Assembly: GCA_963422395.1 (NCBI GenBank)
Contig: OY729431.1
Coordinates: forward strand, 512,001 to 576,000
Source: Vicinamibacteria bacterium
GTDB lineage: Bacteria > Acidobacteriota > Vicinamibacteria > Marinacidobacterales > Marinacidobacteraceae
Reading direction: 5' to 3'
Length of the DNA: 64,000 bases
Both the position numbers and the translations under genes were made by a program. This document shows, piece after piece, positions 1 through 10,000 of this stretch (within the stretch, counting starts at the first letter, position 1; each line of letters starts with the position of its first letter). The notes under the pieces are model-generated. The model was not told the DNA's origin. It did no database searches and was given only the letters and a program-made list of their open reading frames with translations.

Positions 1-111
1 ACCCTGGCCCAGGGGCTGCTCCAGCGGCAGATCCGGCTGCCGGCGGCGCTCCTCGACACCATCGCCCCCGAGGATCGACCGGTCTCGCCGGCCTTCGCCG
101 TCCGGTCATGA
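1..111 (+). CDS. 3' end of upstream gene, probably acyl-CoA (methylcrotonyl-CoA-type) carboxylase carboxyltransferase subunit
   Basis: Frame 1 open to TGA at 109-111, ATGA-overlapping the next gene; C-terminus PAFAVRS loosely resembles the FGVFRM end of MccB/LiuB; context. Confidence 0.4.
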   Translation, partial: TLAQGLLQRQIRLPAALLDTIAPEDRPVSPAFAVRS

Positions 112-926
112 CCACTCCCCACCTCGAGCTCCAACCGGGAAGCGACGGGGTCGTCCATCTGACCCTGCGCCGGCCCGAGGCGCGGAACGCGCTGACCTCG
201 GAGATGGTCGCCGGAATTCCGCTGCTGCTCGAGGAGGCGGCGTCGCTCGCGCCAGAGCGTTGCCGCGTGCTCGTACTTCGGGGCGAAGGGAGAATTTTCT
301 GCGCCGGGGCAGACCTTCGGGCGATGCGCGCTTCGGGACAGGCGGGCGAGGCGGTGAACCGCGAGGATGCGCGGCGCTTCGCGGCCCTCTTCCGCGCCGT
401 GGCGTCGTTCCCGGCGCCGGTGGTCGCTGCGGTTCAGGGAGCAGCGATCGGGGGCGGCTTCGGGCTCGCGGTCGCAAGCGATCAGGTGCTGGCCGAGGAG
501 AACGCCCGCTTCGGGACGCCGGAGGTGCGGCTCGGGCTGGTTCCGGCGGTCATCTCTCCGTATGTGGTGCGCCGACTGGGACCCGGTAGGGCGGGTCCGT
601 TCCTGCTCGGCGGCGCGTTCGCCTCCGGTCCGGAGGCCCTCGGCGCCGGAATCGTTCATGAGCTGACCTCGGTGGGAGATGTCGAGGCCGCGCTCGAGCA
701 GACGCTGGAAGGTTTCCTCAAGAGCGCCCCGCGGGCAGTGCGGCGGGCCAAGGCGTTGATGCTCCGAGCCGTGCCGCTGCCTCCCCCGGACCTCGAGGAG
801 CTGACGATCCAGACGATCGTCGAAGCGCGGGCTTCCGCTGAGGGACAGGCGGGAACGGCCGCGTTCTTCGCGAAGACCCCGCCGCCTTGGGTGCCGGCGA
901 GAGGTTCGGGCGGGAGCGCCCGCTGA
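108..926 (+). CDS. Enoyl-CoA hydratase/isomerase (methylglutaconyl-CoA hydratase, LiuC-like)
   Basis: Crotonase motifs RPEARNAL, FCAGADL, GAAIGGGFGL, PEVRLGL; adjacent biotin carboxylase. Confidence 0.9.
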   Translation: MTTPHLELQPGSDGVVHLTLRRPEARNALTSEMVAGIPLLLEEAASLAPERCRVLVLRGEGRIFCAGADLRAMRASGQAGEAVNREDARRFAALFRAVASFPAPVVAAVQGAAIGGGFGLAVASDQVLAEENARFGTPEVRLGLVPAVISPYVVRRLGPGRAGPFLLGGAFASGPEALGAGIVHELTSVGDVEAALEQTLEGFLKSAPRAVRRAKALMLRAVPLPPPDLEELTIQTIVEARASAEGQAGTAAFFAKTPPPWVPARGSGGSAR

Positions 927-946
927 CCGGAGCCTGCCGCCCCACC

Positions 947-2908
947 GTGCCGCGCCGCGCCGGATCGGCTCCGGTTCGACTCCTGATCGCCAACCGGGGC
1001 GAGATCGCCCGGCGGGTGCTCCGTTCGGCGCGGCGGTCGGGTTTCCAGGTGGGGGTCGTTTCCACGGCTTCCGACCGCGGCGCTCCGATCCGAGCCGAGG
1101 TGGACCGGGTGTTCGAGGTGCCGAACTTCCTCGATGTCGATGCGGTGGTGGCGGCGGCCTCCGACTGGCAAGCCGACCTGCTGCATCCGGGCTATGGGTT
1201 CCTGTCGGAAAACGCGGACTTCGCCGCCGCGGTCGAGAGTGCCGGGATCGGTTTCGTCGGGCCGACTCCGGAGGCGATGCGCAGCCTGGGCGACAAACAG
1301 GAGGCGCGGCGGCTGGCGGTTGCCGCGGAGGTCCCGGTGCTGCCGGCGCTTTCTTCTGCGCACCTCGCCGCGGTTCGGGACCCGGCGATGGCGCTGGAAC
1401 GGAGTGGTGTTGGCTTCCCCTGCGCAGTGAAGGCGGCGTTCGGAGGCGGCGGCCTCGGGATCCGGATCGTGCGCCGCCCTGCGGAACTCGACGAAGCGCT
1501 GGCGAAGGCGTCCGCGGAGGCGCGATCGGCCTTCGGCGATGGAACGGTCTATCTCGAGCGCTGGCTGGAACGGGCGCGGCATGTGGAGATCCAGGTCTTC
1601 GGGGACGGGCGGGGCGGCGGGATCCACCTCGGAGAGCGGGAATGCTCGGTCCAGCGCCGTCGGCAGAAACTGGTGGAGTGGTCCCCGGCGTTCGGGATGT
1701 CGGAAGAGCTCCGGCGGCGCTTGGGACAGGCGGCGCTGCGGCTGGTGCGGGAGTGCCGCTACCGGAACGCGGGGACGGTGGAGTTCCTGCTGGACGGCGA
1801 CGGAGCGTTCCACTTCCTCGAAGGGAACGCCCGGCTGCAAGTGGAGCATCCGGTCACCGAAATGGCGTACGGGGTGGATCTGGTGGACGCCCAGCTGTCG
1901 CAGGCGGCGGGAGAGTGGCCCCGATCGCTTCCCGATCCGGTGGATCGACCCGAGGTGTTCGAACCGGCCATTCCCCGGTTCGCCGCCGTCGAAGCCCGGA
2001 TCCTCGCCGAATCCCCTCGCGGCGGCTTCGCTCCGAGCCCCGGACAGGTGCGGCGTTACCGTGAGCCGGCCGGTCAGGGCATCCGGGTGGATTCCGGAAT
2101 CACCGCGGGCACCGTGGTTCCTCCCGGGTACGACTCGCTACTCGCCAAGGGGATCGCCGCGGGCGGAACGATGGCCGAGGCGGCGGAACGGCTTTCGGCG
2201 TGGATCGAGGAGATGGTCGTCCACGGCGTGGATACGAACTTCTCGCTGCTGCTCGCTATCCTCCGGCATCCGGATTTCCTCGCCGGACGGACGCATTCGA
2301 GTTGGGTCGAGGAGAGGGTGGACGAACTCGCAGTCTCGAAGCTGCCGCCGCTCCTCGATGTGCTCTTGCGTCGGGAACGAGTCGCGCAGTCGCTGGCGGA
2401 AGCGGCTTCGGGTCGGTCAGAGAGCCGGGGCGCGCGCTTTTTCCGCTCGGCGGGCGGGAACTGGAAGGCGCCCGCGGCGTTTCCGCAGATCGAGCCGGGA
2501 GACCGGCCAGGAGAGGTGCTGCTCTCCGGCGGAGCGGTCCGGGCGACGGGAGTCCGGGAACCGCTCCGACTCACCGCGACGGAGTTCGGCGGCGGGCGGA
2601 GAGTCGCAGTTTCCGCTTTCGGAGAGACCGTCGTTCTCCCGCTCCGAAGTGCCGGGGAAGAGTCCGATGTTTCCACCCGGGAGCGGGAAGTCCGGGCGCC
2701 TCTCGCCGGTCGGCTGTTGAGCATCCGCACCGACACCGGAAGCCGGGTGGAACGGGGGGAACAGGTCGCCGTCATCGAGTCCATGAAGATGCATTGGCAG
2801 ATCCGTGCCCCGGCGGATGGAGTGCTCGGGGAACCCGCCGCAGCTCCTGGCCAGACGGTGACCGCCGGCGCCCTCCTGTTCGCAGTCGCTCCGCCGTCAG
2901 CCGGCTGA
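947..2908 (+). CDS. Biotin carboxylase + biotinyl carrier domain (acyl-CoA carboxylase alpha subunit, LiuD-like); start approximate
   Basis: LLIANRGEIA, HPGYGFLSEN, ERECSVQRRRQK, RLQVEHPVTE, C-terminal ESMKM biotinylation motif. Confidence 0.92.
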   Translation: MPRRAGSAPVRLLIANRGEIARRVLRSARRSGFQVGVVSTASDRGAPIRAEVDRVFEVPNFLDVDAVVAAASDWQADLLHPGYGFLSENADFAAAVESAGIGFVGPTPEAMRSLGDKQEARRLAVAAEVPVLPALSSAHLAAVRDPAMALERSGVGFPCAVKAAFGGGGLGIRIVRRPAELDEALAKASAEARSAFGDGTVYLERWLERARHVEIQVFGDGRGGGIHLGERECSVQRRRQKLVEWSPAFGMSEELRRRLGQAALRLVRECRYRNAGTVEFLLDGDGAFHFLEGNARLQVEHPVTEMAYGVDLVDAQLSQAAGEWPRSLPDPVDRPEVFEPAIPRFAAVEARILAESPRGGFAPSPGQVRRYREPAGQGIRVDSGITAGTVVPPGYDSLLAKGIAAGGTMAEAAERLSAWIEEMVVHGVDTNFSLLLAILRHPDFLAGRTHSSWVEERVDELAVSKLPPLLDVLLRRERVAQSLAEAASGRSESRGARFFRSAGGNWKAPAAFPQIEPGDRPGEVLLSGGAVRATGVREPLRLTATEFGGGRRVAVSAFGETVVLPLRSAGEESDVSTREREVRAPLAGRLLSIRTDTGSRVERGEQVAVIESMKMHWQIRAPADGVLGEPAAAPGQTVTAGALLFAVAPPSAG

Positions 2909-2929
2909 GCTGCGGCGCCGGAGGATCGG

Positions 2930-3627
2930 TTGGCGGCGATCCGGGCGGCGAAGGTGCAGCTGGAAGCGGAGCAGCGGGCGCGGGACGAGGCGCGGGGGCG
3001 GGTCCCCGGACAGACCCACAGTCCGGGGAACGGTCGGCGCTACCAGCGCGCGCATGGGGAGCCGAAGGCGGAAGCGCAGGGGAACTTCACCGACCCCGAG
3101 AGCCGGATCATGAAGACGAGCGCCGAGGGGTTCCAGCAGTGCTACAACGCGCAGATGGCGGTGGACGGAGAGAACCAGCTGGTGGTGTCGAACCAGCTGA
3201 CGGCGAATGCGGGCGACCAGGGGCAGCTGCCGGCGCTGCTGGACCGGGTGCGAGAAGAGTTGGGCGCGGTGCCGGCGGTGGTGATGGCTGATGCCGGATA
3301 CTGCAACGAGCGGGACCTGGCGCTGCTGGAGACCCGCGGGATAGACGGGTATGTCGCCGTCGGACGGGAAGGGCGGAAGCGGGCGGCGGGCACTCCGCGA
3401 AGCATCACCCGGCGACCCGCCGGATGAGAGAAAAACTGGCGGCTCACGCCGGGCGGAAGATCTACGCGGCGCGGAAGTGGCTGTCCGAGGCGCCCCACGG
3501 GTGGATCAAGGAGGTGATGGGGTTCCGGCGGTTCAGCTTCCGGGGGCTGCGCAAGGCGCAAGGAGAGTGGGACCTGGTCTGCCTGGCGTTGAACCTGCGA
3601 CGGCTCCCGGGGTTGCTGGCAGCGTAA
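2930..3627 (+). pseudogene. DDE transposase fragment (IS1182-like), 5'-truncated and frameshifted near 3385-3400
   Basis: NFTDPESRIMK, QCYNAQ, ADAGYCNE in ORF 2930-3427; continues in another frame (3424-3627) with YAARKWLSEAPHGWIKEVMGFRRFSFRG and LALNLRRL. Confidence 0.85.
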
Positions 3628-3740
3628 ACGCCTGCCCCGCCCCGCCCTGGCCCCATCAACCCGCCCAATGGCCCTCCGGAGCGCCTTCCCGAACTCCCCT
3701 CCCACCCGAAAACTGCGCGATCCCGCCCCATGACTCCGAT

Positions 3741-3788
3741 CACGCGCTCCCGAACCCCCGAATCTCCCACGCGCTCCCGAACCCCCGA
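3741..3788 (+). repeat. Short tandem duplication CACGCGCTCCCGAACCCCCGA x2 (27-bp period)
   Basis: Identical 21-mers at 3741-3761 and 3768-3788 in the IS 3' non-coding region. Confidence 0.85.
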
Positions 3789-3819
3789 TCCGCCCCAACC
3801 TTTCTGCAGCGCAGACTCC

Positions 3820-4013
3820 TAGTAGCCTGTGGATGAAGTGGCGCGAGCCCCAAGATCGGTGAGGCGCGCGGCGGACAAGGCGCGATTCGGGAGGCATACC
3901 GGGAGTATTCCGACGGAATCGCAACGCCGAGCGAAGCGGTTCAGGCGGGGCCCCCACCGGGAGAACTGGGCATCGCCGACCTTTGGTCGTGTGACTTTGT
4001 CCACGGGCTGCTA
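3820..4013. mobile_element. ~194-bp MITE-like element with 20-bp imperfect terminal inverted repeats
   Basis: Left TAGTAGCCTGTGGATGAAGT vs reverse complement of right end TAGCAGCCCGTGGACAAAGT (16/20); internal imperfect palindrome; related partial copy at 19179-19242. Confidence 0.7.
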
Positions 4014-7000
4014 AGCCTCCATTCCCGCTCGCTCGCGCTGAGCCGCCCTTTGGAGCAGACGCTCCCAGGCTGCGGCGGAACCGCCGATACCGACGGTCAG
4101 GACCGCAGCGATGAGCAGGACTGGCCATCGTTTTCCCGGATCGGCGCCGGCGGCGAGGAGCGCCGCGATCACGGCGGGTTCCGGGTTGTTCCTGCCGGCC
4201 TCGTGGAGGGGAGTGTTGCCGGCTTCGTCGCGGCTGTTGGGATCGGCACCGGCGGCGATCAGCGCTGCGATCACGGCGGGGTTCGGGTTGTTCCAGGCGG
4301 CTTGGTGGAGGGGGGTGTTGCCATGCACGTCGCGGCTGTCGGGGTCGGCGCCGGCGGCGAGGAGTGCTGTGATCACGGCGGGTTTCGGGTTGCCCCAGGC
4401 GGTCTGGTGGAGCGGCGTGCTGCCCTGCGCGTCGCGTGCCTCGGGGTCGGCACCGGCGGCGATCAGCGCCTCGATCATCGCAGAGGCCCCGGTCGTCGCC
4501 GCCGCTTGGAGGGGGGTGCTGCCGTTCGCGTCGCGGCTGTTGGGATCGGCGCCGGCGGCGAGGAGTGCTGTGATCACGGCGGGTTCCGGGTTGTTCCTGC
4601 CGGCCTCGTGGAGGGGAGTGTTGCCGGCTTCGTCGCGGCTGTTGGGATCGGCACCGGCGGCGATCAGCGCTGCGATCACGGCGGGGTTCGGGTTGTTCCA
4701 GGCGGCTTGGTGGAGGGGGGTGTTGCCATGCACGTCGCGGCTGTCGGGGTCGGCGCCGGCGGCGAGGAGTGCTGTGATCACGGCAGGTTTCGGGTTGCCC
4801 CAGGCGGTCTGGTGGAGCGGCGTGCTGCCCTGCGCGTCGCGTGCCTCGGGGTCGGCACCGGCGGCGATCAGCGCCTCGATCATCGCAGAGGCCCCGGTCG
4901 TCGCCGCCGCTTGGAGGGGGGTGCTGCCGTTCGCGTCGCGGCTGTCGGGATCGGCGCCGGCGGCGAGGAGTGCTGTGATCACGGCGGGGTTCGGGTTGTT
5001 CTTGACGGCCTCGTGGAGGGGGGTGTTGCCGGCTTCGTCGCGGCTGTCGGGGTCGGCGCCGGCGGCGGCGAGCGCCGCGATCACGGCGGGGTTCGGGTTG
5101 TTCGAGGCGGCCTGATGGAGGGGGGTGTTGCCGTCCGCGTCGCGGCTGTCGGGGTCGGCGCCGGCGGCGGCGAGCGCCGCGAGCACGGCGGGTTCCGGGT
5201 TGTTCCAGGCGGCTTGCTGCAGCGGGGTGCTGCCGTTCGCGTCGCGGCTGTTGGGATCGGCGCCGGCGGCGGCGAGCGCTGCGATCACGGCGGGTTCCGG
5301 GTTGTTCTTGACGGCCTCGTGGAGGGGGGTGTTGCCGTTCGCGTCGCGGCTGTCGGGGTCGGCGCCGGCGGCGGCGAGCGCTGTGATCACAGCGGGGTCC
5401 GGGTTGTTCGAGGCGGCCTGATGGAGGGGGGTGTTGCCGTTCGCGTCGCGGCTGTCGGGGTCGGCGCCGGCGGCGGCGAGCGCTGCGATCACGGCGGGTT
5501 CCGGGTTGTTCTTGACGGCCTCGTGGAGGGGGGTGTTGCCGGCTTCGTCGCGGCTGTCGGGGTCGGCGCCGGCGGCGGCGAGCGCCGCGATCACGGCGGG
5601 GTTCGGGTTGTTCGAGGCGGCCTGATGGAGGGGGGTGTTGCCGTCCGCGTCGCGGCTGTCGGGGTCGGCGCCGGCGGCGGTGAGCGCTGCGATCACGGCG
5701 GGGTCCGGGTTGCTCCAGGCGGTCTGGTGGAGCAGCGTGCTGCCGTTCGCGTCGCGTGCCTCGGGGTCGGCGCCGGCGGCGACGAGCGCCGCGAGCACGG
5801 CGGGGTTCGGGTTGTTCCAGGCGGCTCGCTGCAGCGGGGTGCTGCCGTTCGCGTCGCGGCTGTCGGGGTCGGCGCCGGCGGCGGCGAGCGCTGTGATCAC
5901 AGCGGGGTCCGGGTTGTTCGAGGCGGCCTGATGGAGGGGGGTGTTGCCGTTCGCGTCGCGGCTGTCGGGGTCGGCGCCGGCGGCGGCGAGCGCTGCGATC
6001 ACGGCGGGTTCCGGGTTGTTCTTGACGGCCTCGTGGAGGGGGGTGTTGCCGGCTTCGTCGCGGCTGTCGGGGTCGGCGCCGGCGGCGGCGAGCGCTGCGA
6101 TCACGGCGGGGTTCGGGTTGTTCGAGGCGGCCTGATGGAGGGGGGTGTTGCCGTCCGCGTCGCGGCTGTCGGGGTCGGCGCCGGCGGCGGTGAGCGCTGC
6201 GATCACGGCGGGGTCCGGGTTGCTCCAGGCGGTCTGGTGGAGCAGCGTGCTGCCGTTCGCGTCGCGTGCCTCGGGGTCGGCGCCGGCGGCGACGAGCGCC
6301 GCGAGCACGGCGGGGTTCGGGTTGTTCCAGGCGGCTCGCTGCAGCGGGGTGCTGCCGTTCGCGTCGCGGCTGTCGGGATCGGCGCCGGCGGCGGCGAGCG
6401 CTGCGATCACAGCGGGGTCCGGGTTGTTCGAGGCGGCCTGATGGAGGGGGGTGTTGCCGTTCGCGTCGCGGCTGTCGGGGTCGGCGCCGGCGGCGGCGAG
6501 CGCTGTGATCACAGCGGGGTCCGGGTTGTTCGAGGCGGCCTGATGGAGGGGGGTGTTGCCGTTCGCGTCGCGGCTGTCGGGGTCGGCGCCGGCGGCGGCG
6601 AGCGCTGCGATCACGGCGGGTTCCGGGTTGCTCCAGGCGGCCTGATGGAGGGGGGTGTCGCCGTTCGCGTCGCGGCTGTCGGGATCGGCGCCGGCGGCGG
6701 CGAGCGCTGCGATCACGGCGGGTTCCGGGTTGTTCCTGACGGCCTGATGGAGCGGGGTGCTGCCGTTCGCGTCGCGGCTGTCGGGATCGGCGCCGGCGGC
6801 GGCGAGCGCTGCGATCACGGCGGGTTCCGGGTTGTTCTTGACGGCCTCGTGGAGGGGGGTGTTGCCGGCTTCGTCGCGGCTGTCGGGGTCGGCGCCGGCG
6901 GCGGCGAGCGCTGCGATCACGGCGGGGTTCGGGTTGTTCGAGGCGGCCTGATGGAGGGGGGTGTTGCCGTCCGCGTCGCGGCTGTCGGGGTCGGCGCCGG

Positions 7001-10000
7001 CGGCGGCGAGCGCTGCGATCACGGCGGGGTCCGGGTTGCTCCAGGCGGTCTGGTGGAGCAGCGTGCTGCCGTTCGCGTCGCGTGCCTCGGGGTCGGCGCC
7101 GGCGGCGACGAGCGCCGCGAGCACGGCGGGGTCCGGGTTGTTCCAGGCGGCTCGCTGCAGCGGGGTGCTGCCGTTCGCGTCGCGGCTGTCGGGGTCGGCG
7201 CCGGCGGCGGCGAGCGCTGCGATCACGGCGGGTTCCGGGTTGTTCTTGACGGCCTCGTGGAGGGGGGTGTTGCCGGCTTCGTCGCGGCTGTCGGGGTCGG
7301 CGCCGGCGGCGGCGAGCGCTGCGATCACGGCGGGGTTCGGGTTGTTCGAGGCGGCCTGATGGAGGGGGGTGTTGCCGTCCGCGTCGCGGCTGTCGGGGTC
7401 GGCGCCGGCGGCGGCGAGCGCTGCGATCACGGCGGGGTCCGGGTTGCTCCAGGCGGTCTGGTGGAGCAGCGTGCTGCCGTTCGCGTCGCGTGCCTCGGGG
7501 TCGGCGCCGGCGGCGGCGAGCGCCGCGAGCACGGCGGGGTTCGGGTTGTTCCAGGCGGCTCGCTGCAGCGGGGTGCTGCCGTTCGCGTCGCGGCTGTCGG
7601 GATCGGCGCCGGCGGCGGCGAGCGCTGCGATCACGGCGGGTTCCGGGTTGTTCCTGACGGCCTGGTGGAGGGGGGTGTTGCCGTTCGCGTCGCGGCTGTC
7701 GGGGTCGGCGCCGGCGGCGGCGAGCGCTGTGATCACAGCGGGGTCCGGGTTGTTCGAGGCGGCCTGATGGAGGGGGGTGTTGCCGTTCGCGTCGCGGCTG
7801 TCGGGGTCGGCGCCGGCGGCGGCGAGCGCTGCGATCACGGCGGGTTCCGGGTTGCTCCAGGCGGCCTGATGGAGGGGGGTGTCGCCGTTCGCGTCGCGGC
7901 TGTCGGGGTCGGCGCCGGCGGCGGCGAGCGCTGCGATCACGGCGGGGTTCGGGTTGTTCGAGGCGGCCTGATGGAGCGGGGTGCTGCCGTTCGCGTCGCG
8001 GCTGTCGGGATCGGCGCCGGCGGCGGCGAGCGCTGCGATCACGGCGGGTTCCGGGTTGTTCTTGACGGCCTCGTGGAGGGGGGTGTTGCCGGCTTCGTCG
8101 CGGCTGTCGGGGTCGGCGCCGGCGGCGGCGAGCGCTGCGATCACGGCGGGGTTCGGGTTGTTCGAGGCGGCCTGGTGGAGGGGGGTGTTGCCGTCCGCGT
8201 CGCGGCTGTCGGGGTCGGCGCCGGCGGCGGCGAGCGCTGCGATCACGGCGGGGTCCGGGTTGCTCCAGGCGGTCTGGTGGAGCAGCGTGCTGCCGTTCGC
8301 GTCGCGTGCCTCGGGGTCGGCGCCGGCGGCGACGAGCGCTGCGAGCACGGCGGGGTTCGGGTTGTTCCTGACGGCCTGGTGGAGGGGGGTGTTGCCGTTC
8401 GCGTCGCGGCTGTCGGGATCGGCGCCGGCGGCGGCGAGCGCTGCGATCACGGTGGGTTCCGGGTTGTTCCTGACGGCCTCGTGGAGGGGGGTGTTGCCGG
8501 CTTCGTCGCGGCTGTCGGGGTTGGCGCCGGCGGCGGCGAGCGCTGCGATCACGGCGGGGTTCGGGTTGTTCGAGGCGGCCTGATGGAGGGGGGTGTTGCC
8601 GTCCGCGTCGCGGCTGTCGGGGTCGGCGCCGGCGGCGGCGAGCGCTGCGATCACGGCGGGGTCCGGGTTGCTCCAGGCGGTCTGGTGGAGCAGCGTGCTG
8701 CCGTTCGCGTCGCGTGCCTCGGGGTCGGCGCCGGCGGCGGCGAGCGTCGCGAGCACGGCGGGGTTCGGGTTGTTCCAGGCGGCTCGCTGCAGCGGGGTGC
8801 TGCCGTTCGCGTCGCGGCTGTCGGGATCGGCGCCGGCGGCGGCGAGCGCTGCGATCACGGCGGGTTCCGGGTTGTTCGAGGCGGCCTGGTGGAGGGGGGT
8901 GTTGCCGTTCGCGTCGCGGCTGTCGGGGTCGGCGCCGGCGGCGGCGAGCGCTGTGATCACAGCGGGGTCCGGGTTGTTCGAGGCGGCCTGATGGAGGGGG
9001 GTGTTGCCGTTCGCGTCGCGGCTGTCGGGGTCGGCGCCGGCGGCGGCGAGCGCTGTGATCACAGCGGGGTCCGGGTTGTTCCTGACGGCCTGGTGGAGGG
9101 GGGTGTTGCCGTTCGCGTCGCGGCTGTCGGGGTCGGCGCCGGCGGCGGCGAGCGCTGCGATCACGGCGGGTTCCGGGTTGTTCTTGACGGCCTCGTGGAG
9201 GGGGGTGTTGCCGGCTTCGTCGCGGCTGTCGGGGTCGGCGCCGGCGGCGGCGAGCGCTGCGATCACGGCGGGGTTCGGGTTGTTCGAGGCGGCCTGATGG
9301 AGGGGGGTGTTGCCGTCCGCGTCGCGGCTGTCGGGGTCGGCGCCGGCGGCGGTGAGCGCTGCGATCACGGCGGGGTCCGGGTTGCTCCAGGCGGTCTGGT
9401 GGAGCAGCGTGCTGCCGTTCGCGTCGCGTGCCTCGGGGTCGGCGCCGGCGGCGACGAGCGCCGCGAGCACGGCGGGGTTCGGGTTGTTCCAGGCGGCTCG
9501 CTGCAGCGGGGTGCTGCCGTTCGCGTCGCGGCTGTCGGGATCGGCGCCGGCGGCGGCGAGCGCTGCGATCACGGCGGGTTCCGGGTTGTTCCTGACGGCC
9601 TGGTGGAGGGGGGTGTTGCCGTTCGCGTCGCGGCTGTCGGGGTCGGCGCCGGCGGCGGCGAGCGCTGTGATCACAGCGGGGTCCGGGTTGTTCGAGGCGG
9701 CCTGATGGAGGGGGGTGTTGCCGTTCGCGTCGCGGCTGTCGGGGTCGGCGCCGGCGGCGGCGAGCGCTGCGATCACGGCGGGTTCCGGGTTGTTCTTGAC
9801 GGCCTCGTGGAGGGGGGTGTTGCCGGCTTCGTCGCGGCTGTCGGGGTCGGCGCCGGCGGCGGCGAGCGCTGCGATCACGGCGGGGTTCGGGTTGTTCGAG
9901 GCGGCCTGATGGAGGGGGGTGTTGCCGTCCGCGTCGCGGCTGTCGGGGTCGGCGCCGGCGGCGGTGAGCGCTGCGATCACGGCGGGGTCCGGGTTGCTCC

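Larger units (their letters stand above)
2907..3822 (+). mobile_element. Truncated IS (IS1182-like), 3' portion with probable right end ending in CTAG
   Basis: Transposase C-terminal half starts at the carboxylase stop; probable terminus ...TCTGCAGCGCAGACTCCTAG at ~3803-3822; no left end or N-terminal half visible. Confidence 0.65.
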
